Virus record (IMG/VR): IMGVR_UViG_3300002301_000037
Coordinates: 1 to 38,712 of that record
Reading direction: 5' to 3' (one strand)
From: a virus
Lineage: Duplodnaviria > Caudoviricetes
Length of the DNA: 38,712 bases
Made by a program: the position numbers and the translations under genes. How positions within the stretch are numbered: position 1 is the first letter of the stretch; each line of letters begins with the position of its first letter. Shown here one piece after another: positions 9,185-19,073 of the stretch. The notes beneath the pieces are model-generated. The model was not told the origin of the DNA, ran no database searches, and saw only the letters and a list, made by a program, of their open reading frames with translations.

Positions 9185-10126
9185 CTACTTGCCCGGACAT
9201 CCTGCCGCGCCGCGCCAGTCTAGGGCCCTCATATTAAATCTCATGGAAGCGCCCATGAGGATGCTAGCCGTAAACAGATCGTAGTCCGTCTTAACGTTGT
9301 AGTCGGTGCGGTCGTAGCTCATCAAATAGTGCTCCTGTCCGAATCCCATGTATGAGTTGTTCGATCCAGTCGCACCACTCGCGGTGAAATACGGCCACTC
9401 TACAATTTGAACGCCCTCTCTTGCGAGGAAGTTCTCGTTGCGGTCCGCCGTGTCCATCTCCCACGCGCCCTCGAACACCTTCATTGCGATGTACTTCTGA
9501 GCCGGGTTCACCAGAACCTTTTTCAGCTTGTTCTCGATGTAGGTACTCCCGTTTGCCGCCAACTGGTTTGCAATGTTGATCGACAGGAACTGCGCCGTCG
9601 CAATCGACAGGTCGGCGGTAATGGACGGCGTGTTGCTAAACGTCGTCGCATTCTGCAACGAGAGCGGGTGAGCGGAGTTACAGATCGAGAGGCCATCCGG
9701 AGTTGAGTTCGTCAATCCGGTCGTCGCCGTGAATGCGTTGTTAATGAGGTAGTTGGCGTGGACCTTTTCCTTCATTGTGCGGAACGCAATCGCCATTGCG
9801 CCGCCCTTGGCTGGTATTAGTCGGTGCATAACGCCGTACTTGTCATCATCCCACGTTTCAGTCGGGATAATGTCGCCAAGGAAATAGGTCTGCATGATCG
9901 TGCGAACGCCGTAAGACTGGTAGTTCGCCCCGACAAGGCCCTGCATACCGGGGTTCTTGAGTCCCGGCATACCGTAGCCCTGCCATAGTTGAACGTCAAC
10001 GAACCGAGCGTCGGTCGTGTCAACGTTGAATATCTGAGCATACTTCTGCGGCTGCTCGTTCAGTTCAATCTCAAGGTGTTGAGATATTCCGGCGGATAGG
10101 GCCGCATAGACATCATTTGTAGGCAC
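9185..10126 (-). CDS. Major capsid protein (HK97 fold, Mu gpT-like family), 313 aa
   Basis: AAGGAG SD and GTG start; motifs IFNVDTT, INNAF...DGLSICNSAHPL, KKVLVNP, DTADRNEN and C-terminal MRFNMRALDWRGAAGCPG; follows portal and scaffold. Confidence 0.88.
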   Translation of the reverse strand: MPTNDVYAALSAGISQHLEIELNEQPQKYAQIFNVDTTDARFVDVQLWQGYGMPGLKNPGMQGLVGANYQSYGVRTIMQTYFLGDIIPTETWDDDKYGVMHRLIPAKGGAMAIAFRTMKEKVHANYLINNAFTATTGLTNSTPDGLSICNSAHPLSLQNATTFSNTPSITADLSIATAQFLSINIANQLAANGSTYIENKLKKVLVNPAQKYIAMKVFEGAWEMDTADRNENFLAREGVQIVEWPYFTASGATGSNNSYMGFGQEHYLMSYDRTDYNVKTDYDLFTASILMGASMRFNMRALDWRGAAGCPGK

Positions 10127-10153
10127 TTGTTTTTCTCCTTGCCCTAACCGCTA

Positions 10154-11176
10154 TTACTGAGCAGTGTACACTACGCCGTTATTGAGCTGGTTGTACGTCG
10201 CGTTGAATTGGAAGAACATCGCGCCCTTGGCTTGGTTGTAAAGCGGATCTTCCGCATCAGGCTCTCCGAATGTGATAATAGCCGCGCCTGCCGCCGGGCT
10301 CGTGTCCAACGTCCACGAAGTCGGGTTCGTACCCGTGAGGATCAACCCGCCCTGCGTGCCGTTCAGCGTGTACGAGGCAGTTGCCGAATTGAGATAGCCG
10401 CGGAAGATGTTTGTTCGGTCCGCCGCGTAGTATTGGATCAACGACTGGTTTGTGCCGCCGCTGTCAATCGGGATGCCTTGCCCCATCGAAGCCAACTGGT
10501 AGGTTATTCCGCCATACTGAGTACCCGTCGCGGCCGCGTTAAACACGCCGGATGCCGATGTAGCGCCGCCATAGGCAGCAACTCCGGCAACACCGGCGAT
10601 TTTGCCGGAGGTGTTTACGGTCGGCGGATTCGCGCCGGTCACTACAAGCGCATTCGATGTACCGTAGCCACCAACCGCAAATCCGTCGTCTACCGATAAC
10701 ACTCCAGACTGAAGGAAGAACGGCGTCGTGGTGCCGACAGCGGATACGTAGGCTTTCCAGCCAATCGCGCCGGCAGGAGGACTTGCGGGAGGAGTCAGCA
10801 ATAGCGCCTGAGTACCACCAGATGTAGTCCCGTTACCTGTCGCAGTACCGGCCGTGGTTTCACCCGTAGCAGATACCCACGTCGCGAGAGCGTAATAAGT
10901 ACCGTTGGCAAGGAAGGGTACGCCGTATGATGTCGCCGTAACTGCGGTAACAGTCAACGCGCCCGGTGCGGTAAGAACTGATACACCACCGTAGAGCGCG
11001 GTCTTGTCAGCCGCCAGCAGGTCTCGGATCGCCGGAACGCTGCTAACGGAAACACCGGAGTACGTCGATAGCGCGAGTACGTCACCGTTGTAGATCGATA
11101 GGGATGTCCCAACCGGCGCTTGCGCCATCGTCGGTTGCCGCCCTTCCAAGCCCTTGGCGAAGGTTATAATAGACAC
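10154..11176 (-). CDS. Putative capsid decoration/cement protein with an inserted Ig/FN3-like domain, 340 aa
   Basis: Immediately upstream of the capsid gene; N-terminal IYNGDVL motif; central beta-rich insert GTYYALATWVSATGET...PPAGAIGWKAYV. Confidence 0.6.
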   Translation of the reverse strand: MSIITFAKGLEGRQPTMAQAPVGTSLSIYNGDVLALSTYSGVSVSSVPAIRDLLAADKTALYGGVSVLTAPGALTVTAVTATSYGVPFLANGTYYALATWVSATGETTAGTATGNGTTSGGTQALLLTPPASPPAGAIGWKAYVSAVGTTTPFFLQSGVLSVDDGFAVGGYGTSNALVVTGANPPTVNTSGKIAGVAGVAAYGGATSASGVFNAAATGTQYGGITYQLASMGQGIPIDSGGTNQSLIQYYAADRTNIFRGYLNSATASYTLNGTQGGLILTGTNPTSWTLDTSPAAGAAIITFGEPDAEDPLYNQAKGAMFFQFNATYNQLNNGVVYTAQ

Positions 11177-11244
11177 TTAATTTTCAACCCTTCCTGCCCA
11201 ACTTGTTACGGGCAAAGCACCGGACGAATCGCCGGAGAATCGAC

Positions 11245-12126
11245 TTAACTCACACCTTTGCGGTCGGCGTATCTACTGCGTTGATCCGCCTGGACCTGCT
11301 CACGAGAGCGGGCAAACAAAGCCCCTGTTATGGCGTGCAGACTGCGGTAGTGGCCGCCGGTCTCCTGTGCGCGGTTGTACTCCTGCACGTACATCACTTC
11401 GGCTTCCGCACGTAAACGCGAATCGATCGGATTGCTGTTCTTAGCGCCGCCTCGACGCGCCTGAATCATCTCCTCGCGAATACGGATCATGCGCTCTTTG
11501 TTGGTGTTACCCTTACTCTCAAACACCTCTTTGTATGGGCGTCCATGCGTAGGAGACAGGAACTGCGCGGCCTCTTCGGCGGCTTTACGCTTGAAGGCGC
11601 TGATCTGGGACCGATCCATGTGAGGCAGCAGTTCGGTATTGATGAAGCCGTCAACGCCGTACGGCACATCCGCTTTCGTGGATTCCTCGTCGCGCATCCG
11701 CTTTTCGTCAGCGAGTTGCCGCTTCTTCATCTCCACTTCGATCGGAATCGCCATCAATACGAGGTCGTCGTTGCAAATCTTGTGCCCCTCGGAGTCGAGA
11801 ACCACACTGCCCTTGTGAGAATGTCGAACCTGCAACGCGCGGTCAATTCGGGAGTGGTCCGGCAACGCATGGTTACCCACCCAGTGGAAGGTGTATCTGT
11901 CGGTATGAGTCTTCAGTTCGCTGTTCCAATACACATCACCGAGAGGTGATCCGTTGGCAAGCTTAGCGCCTTCGACCATCTCGTTTGTAATGCTGAAGTT
12001 GTCGAAACCAGGCACAACGCCCTCGCTGGTCTCGCTCGTCATAATCGGGACGCGATCTTTGAACATCTGAGGGTCAACCGAGGCCGTAATCTTCACCGTA
12101 TCGTTTTTCGTCTGTGTAACCGACAT
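11245..12126 (-). CDS. Head-module hypothetical protein, about 293 aa
   Basis: TAATG coupling with the scaffold gene; YTFHWV...DLVLMAIP segment resembles proteins found between scaffold and capsid genes. Confidence 0.7.
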   Translation of the reverse strand: MSVTQTKNDTVKITASVDPQMFKDRVPIMTSETSEGVVPGFDNFSITNEMVEGAKLANGSPLGDVYWNSELKTHTDRYTFHWVGNHALPDHSRIDRALQVRHSHKGSVVLDSEGHKICNDDLVLMAIPIEVEMKKRQLADEKRMRDEESTKADVPYGVDGFINTELLPHMDRSQISAFKRKAAEEAAQFLSPTHGRPYKEVFESKGNTNKERMIRIREEMIQARRGGAKNSNPIDSRLRAEAEVMYVQEYNRAQETGGHYRSLHAITGALFARSREQVQADQRSRYADRKGVS

Positions 12127-12935
12127 TACCATCGCCCCCTATTAGTGCGAACCTCGTTAGCAACCGCCTTCGCGTGAGCTTTTGAAATCCCGTTCATTGA
12201 GAACATAAGCGCCATACCGTCGCTATCATCCGGCGCGGCAACTTGCCGCCGTGTATTCCCCGTAGCACTCGGACTTGGCATCCGCGCGGCCGGAGGCAGC
12301 GGCTTCGACGCGGGGGCTTTTCTCGACGGCGGGATAGGCGCGGTGGTCTGCCGTGGCGCGGTAGTTCCGGACGTATCCTTTTCGATCAACTTTCCGAACT
12401 TAACAATCTCGTCGAGTCCGCCAGTCTTCCCGATCTCGTTGGACATCGCGTTAATGACTGCCCACTCAGCCTGCCTCTGCGTTTGCTTCACGCCGGCAGG
12501 AGCCGCAGCGAGCGCCGCCCTCATCTGTGGACCGTACTGCGCGTATAGGCTCGGGTACTTGGCCGCCAACGCATTAACCTGAGCATCCGTACCGGCGTTC
12601 AGGACCTGCGATTCGAGCAATCGACTTTCGACTCTCCGGTCGATCTCGTCCAGGATCGCGGTCGGGTCGGTGAGTATGCGCTCTGCAAACGCAGTTCGTT
12701 CCTCCGGTGTCATCTCGTAGCGAGTAACAGGCGGCGGAACATAAGGCGCGGAATGTGTCGAATGTTGAGCTGCCGGAGCCGCAGCCACGATCTCCTCGTC
12801 AACCGATTCTGATTCCGCCTCAATCGGGGCTTCTACTTCCGGTTCAGATGCCTCAATAGGATCGCCCCACTCGTCTAACTCGGGCTCATTAGCGTCAGAT
12901 TGGCCTACTGCCTCGTCCTGAGTATCCTCTTCCAC
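12126..12935 (-). CDS. Putative capsid scaffolding protein, 269 aa
   Basis: Very acidic disordered N-terminus, helical core, Pro-rich linker and basic C-terminus; lies between portal and capsid genes. Confidence 0.7.
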   Translation of the reverse strand: MEEDTQDEAVGQSDANEPELDEWGDPIEASEPEVEAPIEAESESVDEEIVAAAPAAQHSTHSAPYVPPPVTRYEMTPEERTAFAERILTDPTAILDEIDRRVESRLLESQVLNAGTDAQVNALAAKYPSLYAQYGPQMRAALAAAPAGVKQTQRQAEWAVINAMSNEIGKTGGLDEIVKFGKLIEKDTSGTTAPRQTTAPIPPSRKAPASKPLPPAARMPSPSATGNTRRQVAAPDDSDGMALMFSMNGISKAHAKAVANEVRTNRGRW

Positions 12936-13260
12936 TGGTCAGTTCCTTTCGTCTAAGGTCGTCTTCCGCCGCTTCCTGTCGAGCCCGTTCCTCGATCGCT
13001 TCCTGGAATCTCAATCTGGCGGGACTGTCCATCAAGTCCTGAAGCACACTACACACACCCTGGTAAAAGCATCGCTGTTCGTCCGTACCGGCTGCCGAGA
13101 ACTTTCGCAAGCTAACTTGCAGCAGCGCCGAAATCGCCTTGCTGTACTCAGTCGGGGGCAACGGCAACTGCACGGAAATCGCATCTTCGATAGCACTAAG
13201 CCGCGTCAGCAGTTCGTCAGTACCGCAGAGGCGTTGCCACCATTTGCGCAGTCTTTTCAT
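12895..13260 (-). CDS. Small helical protein downstream of portal, 121 aa
   Basis: ATGA overlap with the portal stop; FYQGVCSVLQDL resembles small post-portal proteins. Confidence 0.65.
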   Translation of the reverse strand: MKRLRKWWQRLCGTDELLTRLSAIEDAISVQLPLPPTEYSKAISALLQVSLRKFSAAGTDEQRCFYQGVCSVLQDLMDSPARLRFQEAIEERARQEAAEDDLRRKELTSGRGYSGRGSRPI

Positions 13261-15209
13261 GCCACACCCCCAGGAGGCGCACCGGGGTTCAGCACACCCT
13301 GTGCCGCCGATTGCATATTTACCGCCAGTGCTTGCTGCTGCTGGAACGCCTGTACAGATGCCGCAATTACCTTCGGGTCCGCGCCCTGCGATTGTAATAT
13401 CTGAATGAACGTCTGCATGTTAGGAGCCATTGGCGGCGGCTGTTGCGGTTCCGGACCGATGTAATCCTCCGGCCTGCGCGTGTTGTAATCAAGTAATATC
13501 GCCCGGCTCGCCTGCCACAGATCAGGCCACATGGCAGGGGGCGCAGTATTCATCAGCCCCATGTATCGCGTCTGTTCAGCGGCTCGCGCTTGCGCCAACT
13601 GCAACCTCGCCTGCGGGTTCGCCGTGGTGCTTGTCGCCGTGGCAGTGAATGTGTAGCGACCTTCCATCTGCTGTGATGTAATCTTTGCCGGTCGTCCTCT
13701 GGCGTCTCGAAACGTCTGCTTATCGCCTCCGAAAGTCGCTTCCAGCACCAAAATCCACGGGGCTAAATCACACATTCCCTCTTGGAAAGTCGATAGATAG
13801 AGTTCGAACTTCGCATCCGCCGCGCCGACTACGGCCTGAACTTCCGCGGCCTTGCGAACCTTCTGCTGCATATCTCCGTAACCTTCAGCGGAGATAAGTC
13901 CTTGCGCCCTTGCGTTTGTGTAACCGCTCCTTACGCCGAACTGAGACGGCGGCTGTTGAGTCAACTGCCTGATAGTGCCTGGCACTTCCTCAATCAAGTA
14001 GGTACCGGGGCCTTGCGCCTGCTGGCGCTCTATCATCGCGTAATCAGTCGGTGAGCACACATGCGGAGCGCATACATACAGGTCCATCGCGTCGATGTCT
14101 TGCCGTATGGAGGTCGTATCCTCTTCGTGGAGTTGCGACAGCATCTGGCAAAGTCCGGTCCCGAGGAAGTTGCCTGGCTTGCGCTTTATGTAAAATGGAA
14201 TGTAGGGGCGCTGGTTATAAGGCGACAGCGCGATTTTGAGCACGATGTTACGCACCGGGCAACAAACAATCATCGCATCGCGGCGCAAATACTCTTGTGG
14301 AATATCAAGATCGCTCGGCAGCCTCTGGAACCAGATGAAGCATTCCCAAAACCCGTCTTGAGGCCGCGTAGTGCCGCTCGATACCCCGTTGAAGTCGTCG
14401 TCGCGTTGCCGTAAATCGTCGCCGCCAATACCGGAAAAGTCCGTCGCGCCGGACTGGATCAGATCGTAAACCGCGTTTTCGTCGTAATCGTAGTCACCAA
14501 TGCCGTCAAGTAGCTGTTGTCTGGAGAAGTAGATTCGTTCGCCTACTCCAACTGCTCCGCGTGTCTCCCATTCCTGCACATGCTCCGCATTCGCGGGGTA
14601 CATGTAGAAGTCCATTAACTCCACGGGCCGGAAGTCGCAACCTTCGCGCTCTACGCCTGGGTCCAGTGTGCGAACAGGGTCGTAAGTTTTGCCCTCTTCG
14701 CGATCTTCAGCCTCAACGGGCAACCAATCTTTTTCACCGCGAAGTCGGTACTTTGTCTTCTCCACATATCCGAGGTGTTGTTTCCAGCCGGCATAGAGAA
14801 CGCTCACATCATCTCGAATGGCGTTCCATGCCACATCTTCCAGCACTCGGTTAAGGCGGTACTGCTGCGCTTTGTTGTTCAGAAAGTCTTCATTTGTCCG
14901 CGCGCTGTCATCGTCGTCAGGGTCGTGGGCGTCAACCATCCACTTCGGGTCGCGCTTAATCGCCTGCATAATCTGCGCGTGCAGCGTAATGCCAAGCGAT
15001 AACATCATCGAAGAGTTCAAATCGCACGAGTTACGCCACCGCTTAATCTTGAGCTGAACCTGCCGCATGTACATCTGCTCGTCGTAGGTCAAGCACTGCG
15101 CATTGCGCTGCGAAGAGCCTGAAACGGCGGCGTTGATGTTCGCACACACCTGGAGGCCAATCTCTCCATAGATGTCACGATCCACGTCCAGCGGGGCATA
15201 AGTCGGCAT
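13257..15209 (-). CDS. Portal (head-tail connector) protein, 650 aa
   Basis: Size, position at the head of the capsid operon, motifs RPVELMDFYMYP and RPYIPFYIKRKPGNFLGTGLCQML, and a Pro/Gln-rich C-terminus typical of podovirus portals. Confidence 0.85.
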   Translation of the reverse strand: MPTYAPLDVDRDIYGEIGLQVCANINAAVSGSSQRNAQCLTYDEQMYMRQVQLKIKRWRNSCDLNSSMMLSLGITLHAQIMQAIKRDPKWMVDAHDPDDDDSARTNEDFLNNKAQQYRLNRVLEDVAWNAIRDDVSVLYAGWKQHLGYVEKTKYRLRGEKDWLPVEAEDREEGKTYDPVRTLDPGVEREGCDFRPVELMDFYMYPANAEHVQEWETRGAVGVGERIYFSRQQLLDGIGDYDYDENAVYDLIQSGATDFSGIGGDDLRQRDDDFNGVSSGTTRPQDGFWECFIWFQRLPSDLDIPQEYLRRDAMIVCCPVRNIVLKIALSPYNQRPYIPFYIKRKPGNFLGTGLCQMLSQLHEEDTTSIRQDIDAMDLYVCAPHVCSPTDYAMIERQQAQGPGTYLIEEVPGTIRQLTQQPPSQFGVRSGYTNARAQGLISAEGYGDMQQKVRKAAEVQAVVGAADAKFELYLSTFQEGMCDLAPWILVLEATFGGDKQTFRDARGRPAKITSQQMEGRYTFTATATSTTANPQARLQLAQARAAEQTRYMGLMNTAPPAMWPDLWQASRAILLDYNTRRPEDYIGPEPQQPPPMAPNMQTFIQILQSQGADPKVIAASVQAFQQQQALAVNMQSAAQGVLNPGAPPGGVA

Positions 15210-15327
15210 ATCAACATATTACAAAGCCCTTTTATGAAGCAAACAAAAAGTCTTTTCGTTCTTTTCATCAAATCGGCGGTTAGCATGATAGGAATAGTGC
15301 TAAATCACTCGCAGGGGAGGCGCGAAC
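15210..15327. promoter_or_regulatory. Divergent promoter region between head and tail operons
   Basis: AT-rich gap between oppositely oriented operons. Minus strand has TTGCTT...TG-TAATAT 6 nt before the portal ATG; imperfect inverted repeat about 15231-15272; TTAGCA-N12-TGCTAA at 15280-15303; GGGGAGG SD for the plus-strand gene. Confidence 0.65.
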
Positions 15328-15534
15328 GTGGTAATGCATATGGTGCAAAGCTCGAATGTCGATGCGGTCGGGTATGAGGGAACAACGCTGCGAGTGCAGT
15401 TCAGGAGCGGGGCAACATACGACTATCTGGATGTGCCTGCGAACGTTTATTCGCAACTTGTCGGGGGACAATCGCCTGGTTCATACCTCGCCAGTTTCAT
15501 CAAGCCGAATTTTGAAGCTAAAAGGGTCGATTAG
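15328..15534 (+). CDS. KTSC domain protein
   Basis: VQSSNVDAVGY...TLRVQFRSGATYDYLDVPANVYSQLV...SPGSYL...IK matches the KTSC consensus; strong SD. Confidence 0.9.
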   Translation: MVMHMVQSSNVDAVGYEGTTLRVQFRSGATYDYLDVPANVYSQLVGGQSPGSYLASFIKPNFEAKRVD

Positions 15535-16223
15535 TGGCGCAAAACGTTCTTAATGCGATCCAAGGCACCTCAGTACCGGGCGGAGGCTATGTTTACGATG
15601 AGCAGACGTCACGCCAGATAACCTACGCGCTCAACAACAACACGGCACTCGCGGCGGCGGCGCAGACGGCGGCAGCTACCGCTAACGCCGCGGTTGCGAC
15701 GCTTTCGAGTTCCGTCGATAACACAAATGCGAACAATTATCAGACTATCACGGGGATACAGCAGCAAATCGGGGCATTGCCGACGACGTTTGTAACGAGC
15801 ATCACTCTTAACCCGCCAGGTTTTGACGCTACCGGAGACCTAGCATTTCAGGGCTCAAACGTCATTGAAGATGCCGGAACGCAGTTCAATTTTACAACGT
15901 TCGGGTATCCCACGTTTGTAACACGGCCTGCGGTGCCTAACTGGGGAACTGTTTTCTTTATTGTTTACGATCCATCAGGCGCGGGGCATACGCTCACGCT
16001 GCCATCAGTCGCCAGTCAACAACTCGGCACAACGATCAGGATACACACGGCATCCACAACGGATTCGTTCAACGTCGTCCCGTTCGCAGGCGATGTGTTC
16101 AATTCGAATGGTGGCACATCGTACACGATTAACCCGCTCGGCAGTACAGCATACATCGGTGCAATGTTTACCTGCGTCACTCAGGGCGCTAATACTATTT
16201 GGATCACAGCCGGCTACAATTGA
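15534..16223 (+). CDS. Putative tail/fibre structural protein, 229 aa
   Basis: TAGTG coupling; Ala-rich coiled segment and C-terminal TLTLP...G.TI...W beta module typical of phage fibre proteins. Confidence 0.65.
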   Translation: MAQNVLNAIQGTSVPGGGYVYDEQTSRQITYALNNNTALAAAAQTAAATANAAVATLSSSVDNTNANNYQTITGIQQQIGALPTTFVTSITLNPPGFDATGDLAFQGSNVIEDAGTQFNFTTFGYPTFVTRPAVPNWGTVFFIVYDPSGAGHTLTLPSVASQQLGTTIRIHTASTTDSFNVVPFAGDVFNSNGGTSYTINPLGSTAYIGAMFTCVTQGANTIWITAGYN

Positions 16224-16229
16224 TATTTA

Positions 16230-16360
16230 TTACGGCTGATTCCATATCGTATTATTGAGTATGGGCCTAATTGGGCCGTGGTGTATTTCATAGCAAACGC
16301 GATGAGCGTAAGCAGTCGCATTGCTTCCAAGTTCAGGCTTGATGGCACCATAACCCAACC
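16230..16360 (-). pseudogene. Remnant of an HNH (HNH_3-type) homing endonuclease
   Basis: Reads LGYGAIKPELGSNATAYAHRVCYEIHHGPIRPILNNTIWNQP*. GYG...AHRVxYExxxGPI is the N-terminal half of phage HNH_3 nucleases; the HxCxNxxCxNPxHL half is absent. Confidence 0.7.
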
Positions 16361-16400
16361 TGAACTTACCGCCAGATCGGTCTCTACGGAGTGACTTTGC

Positions 16401-19055
16401 ATGAAACTTAGATACAACCCTACTACCCCCAGTGGAATTGGGATCGGGAGCGTGATTAGCGTCACATCGTACGGGGCAACCGGAAACGGCACCACAGATG
16501 ATACCGCAGCAATCAACGCCGCTATTGCCGTTGCAGTGGCGGCTGGCGGAGGCACCGTATTCTTCCCTGAGCCAAGCAACACGTATCGAGTTTCTTCCAC
16601 TATTAGCGTCACGGGGCCTCACATCACATTACTCGGGCCGGGTAATGGCGGCACACTAGCTAAAATCTGGCTCACAATGGATGCAAGTCAGTACGGCACG
16701 CCGATCTTCAATTGTACGGGGGATAACGTATCGGTAGTCAACCTGTCAGGCCAGTACGGGCCATCCACAACGCTATCAGCGCCTGTAACTGCGGGGGCAT
16801 CCTCCGTCACATTCACAACGATTACCATGCCGGTAGGCGGCAATGTAATACCGGGTGATACATTTCTAATCGGGCAGTACCCGAACATCGAACAGTTTAT
16901 CGTGTTGTCACTCGCCGGGAACGTGGTCAGCCTTGCAGTAAGTAACTCTTTCACTCAAAGCGGCGGCGTTGGCAATCCATATTCATGGGTCGCCGGCACT
17001 GCGGCACAAAACCACTCCGCAGGGGAATGGATCAGACTCAAGGCGCAGGTTGGACTTTCCACTTCGATCAATGGCGGAGTTGGCCTGTATGGAGAGCCCC
17101 AACGCGACAGTACCGGGTTCTTGGTATTTGCAAACGGGAACTATTGCCGGGTAGAAAACTGCGCCGTGGAGGGAATGAATACAGGCGTCAAATGGCAGGG
17201 TGTCTATCCAGGCAATACCAATAACCATCACAACACGACAGATGGCTTTATGGTAGACAACCAGGATCAAGGCATCTTGTCCAAGTGTCAAGACTTCCCC
17301 ACCATGTGCAACGTCCGAGGCACAAACATTTCGTTGTCCCAGGACGGCCATGCAGACGCCACGACCGGCACAACACGAGCGCCGGCACACGTTATCTACA
17401 ATACCGGCACCACATCTCAACTGACAAACTACCTAACGGCTTACAATATCCAAGTGCAGGGCAACCAAGTCGCCGCAGACTGCTCACCGGTCAAATTCAA
17501 GTACTGCAATTACAGCACCATATGGGGCATGGCATTTGAGGCGTGCACGCGGTTCGCTGACATCGAGAACTTTTTCTATAGTACGTTTTCCAACTTCAGT
17601 TGCGGCAAATTGATACTGACTGAAGTTGCGGATAGCCAGGCCGCAGGCATATCGGTCGTAGACGGTCACTACAGCCTCATATGCAATGGCGACGTTACAA
17701 TGTTACAGGCAGATGGCGCGAGCGGCGTTGACATCCCTGCCGTGTATGTCAGATCATCTGACGGATCGGTGCTTAATACGCACTGCACAGTATCCGATGT
17801 GGTTGCCAACACGAACTACAGCACTAACTTCGCGAGCCTCTCAGCGGAGTGTATGAAAGCCGAGGGTGCGACTTACACAACGTTTCGAGACTGCAAAATA
17901 TATGATAGCGGCAGCGCAACAAATTGGTATTATTTCGGATTTGCTTATAATAGCACCTTAAGCGTAGGCTCCGATTACTCCTGCTTGGTTGAGCCAAGAT
18001 GCGTTGGCACGAATGCCAAGGTCGCATATATATCCGCGACGAATACCGGCGTTATATTGTCGGGTGATCCCAACCTACTACCTGCATCATTCACGGTCAC
18101 GGATAGCGGCACAGGCACCGTCAGCAACCTGAGCGGATTAGTTACCCTCACCTTAAATCCGACCAGTACAAGCGCCAATATCATCACCGTAAACGAGCCT
18201 GCTTCCTATCAGGGTTACCTTATGAGGTTCCTTAACAGCGGCAGCGTTACGGAGTTCGCGGTCATCGATAACGCGTCAGGCAACAACGGCCAAACCAATA
18301 TGAACCTGTGGAGTTCAGGCGCGTTCGCTGCATTACTGGTTGCCGGTTACAACAGCACGGCAGGGTATCCGGCATCCGGTGCAACCTACGCTGGATTTGT
18401 GCCGACCCAGAACGGATCTACCGGCGGCACTAGCGGCGCGGGTATCTTGTGGCGATCAGCGGAGCTCCAGAATAGCGGCGCAAAGGGTGTCGATCTTCGA
18501 TTTAACACGGTACTGGCGGGCAGCACAACGCAGCAACTTGTCTGTACGATGTTCAACAATGCGGACATAACGCTTGGGCTGACTGCCCCCGCAACAAATG
18601 CAACCGTTGGATTACCGTATCTACCCGCGATGGCCGGGATACCAACCGGATCGATTGCAGGCCGGTCCGGATTCACGCCGATTGTTTATGATACTACCGA
18701 CAACATTCTATGGGCAAACCGGGGAAGCACGAATTGGTACGCCATCAATGCCCAACAAGTATTCTCTGGGCTTTCCAACAATAGCAATCTAACGCCGAAC
18801 TCTATGTACCGTGCAGGTTCCGCAGACAACGGCAATGCACTGTTCCTACCGAACGCGACCACCTGCAAAGGTTCCTGCGTCACATTCAAGCAGACAAACA
18901 GCGGCGGCAGCTACACCATAACCATCAAGAGTAACGGGGGAACCGTTGAAAACATAGCGGCGGCAACAGGTTACTCATTCGCATCAGTATCCGCGTTCGC
19001 ATCGGTTACGTTCCAGAGCGATGGAACAAACTGGTGGCTCGTCGCCAAGGTATAA
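16401..19055 (+). CDS. Tailspike / beta-helix depolymerase-like receptor-binding protein, 884 aa
   Basis: Pectate-lyase-3-type N-terminus ISVTSYGATGNGTTDDTAAINAAI...GGGTVFFP, Asn/Cys-rich parallel beta-helix body, C-terminal VTFQSDGTNWW module. Confidence 0.85.
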   Translation: MKLRYNPTTPSGIGIGSVISVTSYGATGNGTTDDTAAINAAIAVAVAAGGGTVFFPEPSNTYRVSSTISVTGPHITLLGPGNGGTLAKIWLTMDASQYGTPIFNCTGDNVSVVNLSGQYGPSTTLSAPVTAGASSVTFTTITMPVGGNVIPGDTFLIGQYPNIEQFIVLSLAGNVVSLAVSNSFTQSGGVGNPYSWVAGTAAQNHSAGEWIRLKAQVGLSTSINGGVGLYGEPQRDSTGFLVFANGNYCRVENCAVEGMNTGVKWQGVYPGNTNNHHNTTDGFMVDNQDQGILSKCQDFPTMCNVRGTNISLSQDGHADATTGTTRAPAHVIYNTGTTSQLTNYLTAYNIQVQGNQVAADCSPVKFKYCNYSTIWGMAFEACTRFADIENFFYSTFSNFSCGKLILTEVADSQAAGISVVDGHYSLICNGDVTMLQADGASGVDIPAVYVRSSDGSVLNTHCTVSDVVANTNYSTNFASLSAECMKAEGATYTTFRDCKIYDSGSATNWYYFGFAYNSTLSVGSDYSCLVEPRCVGTNAKVAYISATNTGVILSGDPNLLPASFTVTDSGTGTVSNLSGLVTLTLNPTSTSANIITVNEPASYQGYLMRFLNSGSVTEFAVIDNASGNNGQTNMNLWSSGAFAALLVAGYNSTAGYPASGATYAGFVPTQNGSTGGTSGAGILWRSAELQNSGAKGVDLRFNTVLAGSTTQQLVCTMFNNADITLGLTAPATNATVGLPYLPAMAGIPTGSIAGRSGFTPIVYDTTDNILWANRGSTNWYAINAQQVFSGLSNNSNLTPNSMYRAGSADNGNALFLPNATTCKGSCVTFKQTNSGGSYTITIKSNGGTVENIAAATGYSFASVSAFASVTFQSDGTNWWLVAKV

Positions 19056-19073
19056 GCCAAAAGGATTCACACA

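Noticed and set aside
15328-15534. Functional link between the KTSC protein and a possible Lys(CTT) identity of the permuted tRNA
   Set aside because: KTSC genes are common in phages, this one is 17 kb away, and the anticodon is ambiguous.
16221-16403. 229-aa and 884-aa genes are in frame and separated by only two TGA codons
   Set aside because: TGA is a real stop elsewhere (ATGA overlaps), and the gap is better explained by the antisense HNH remnant.
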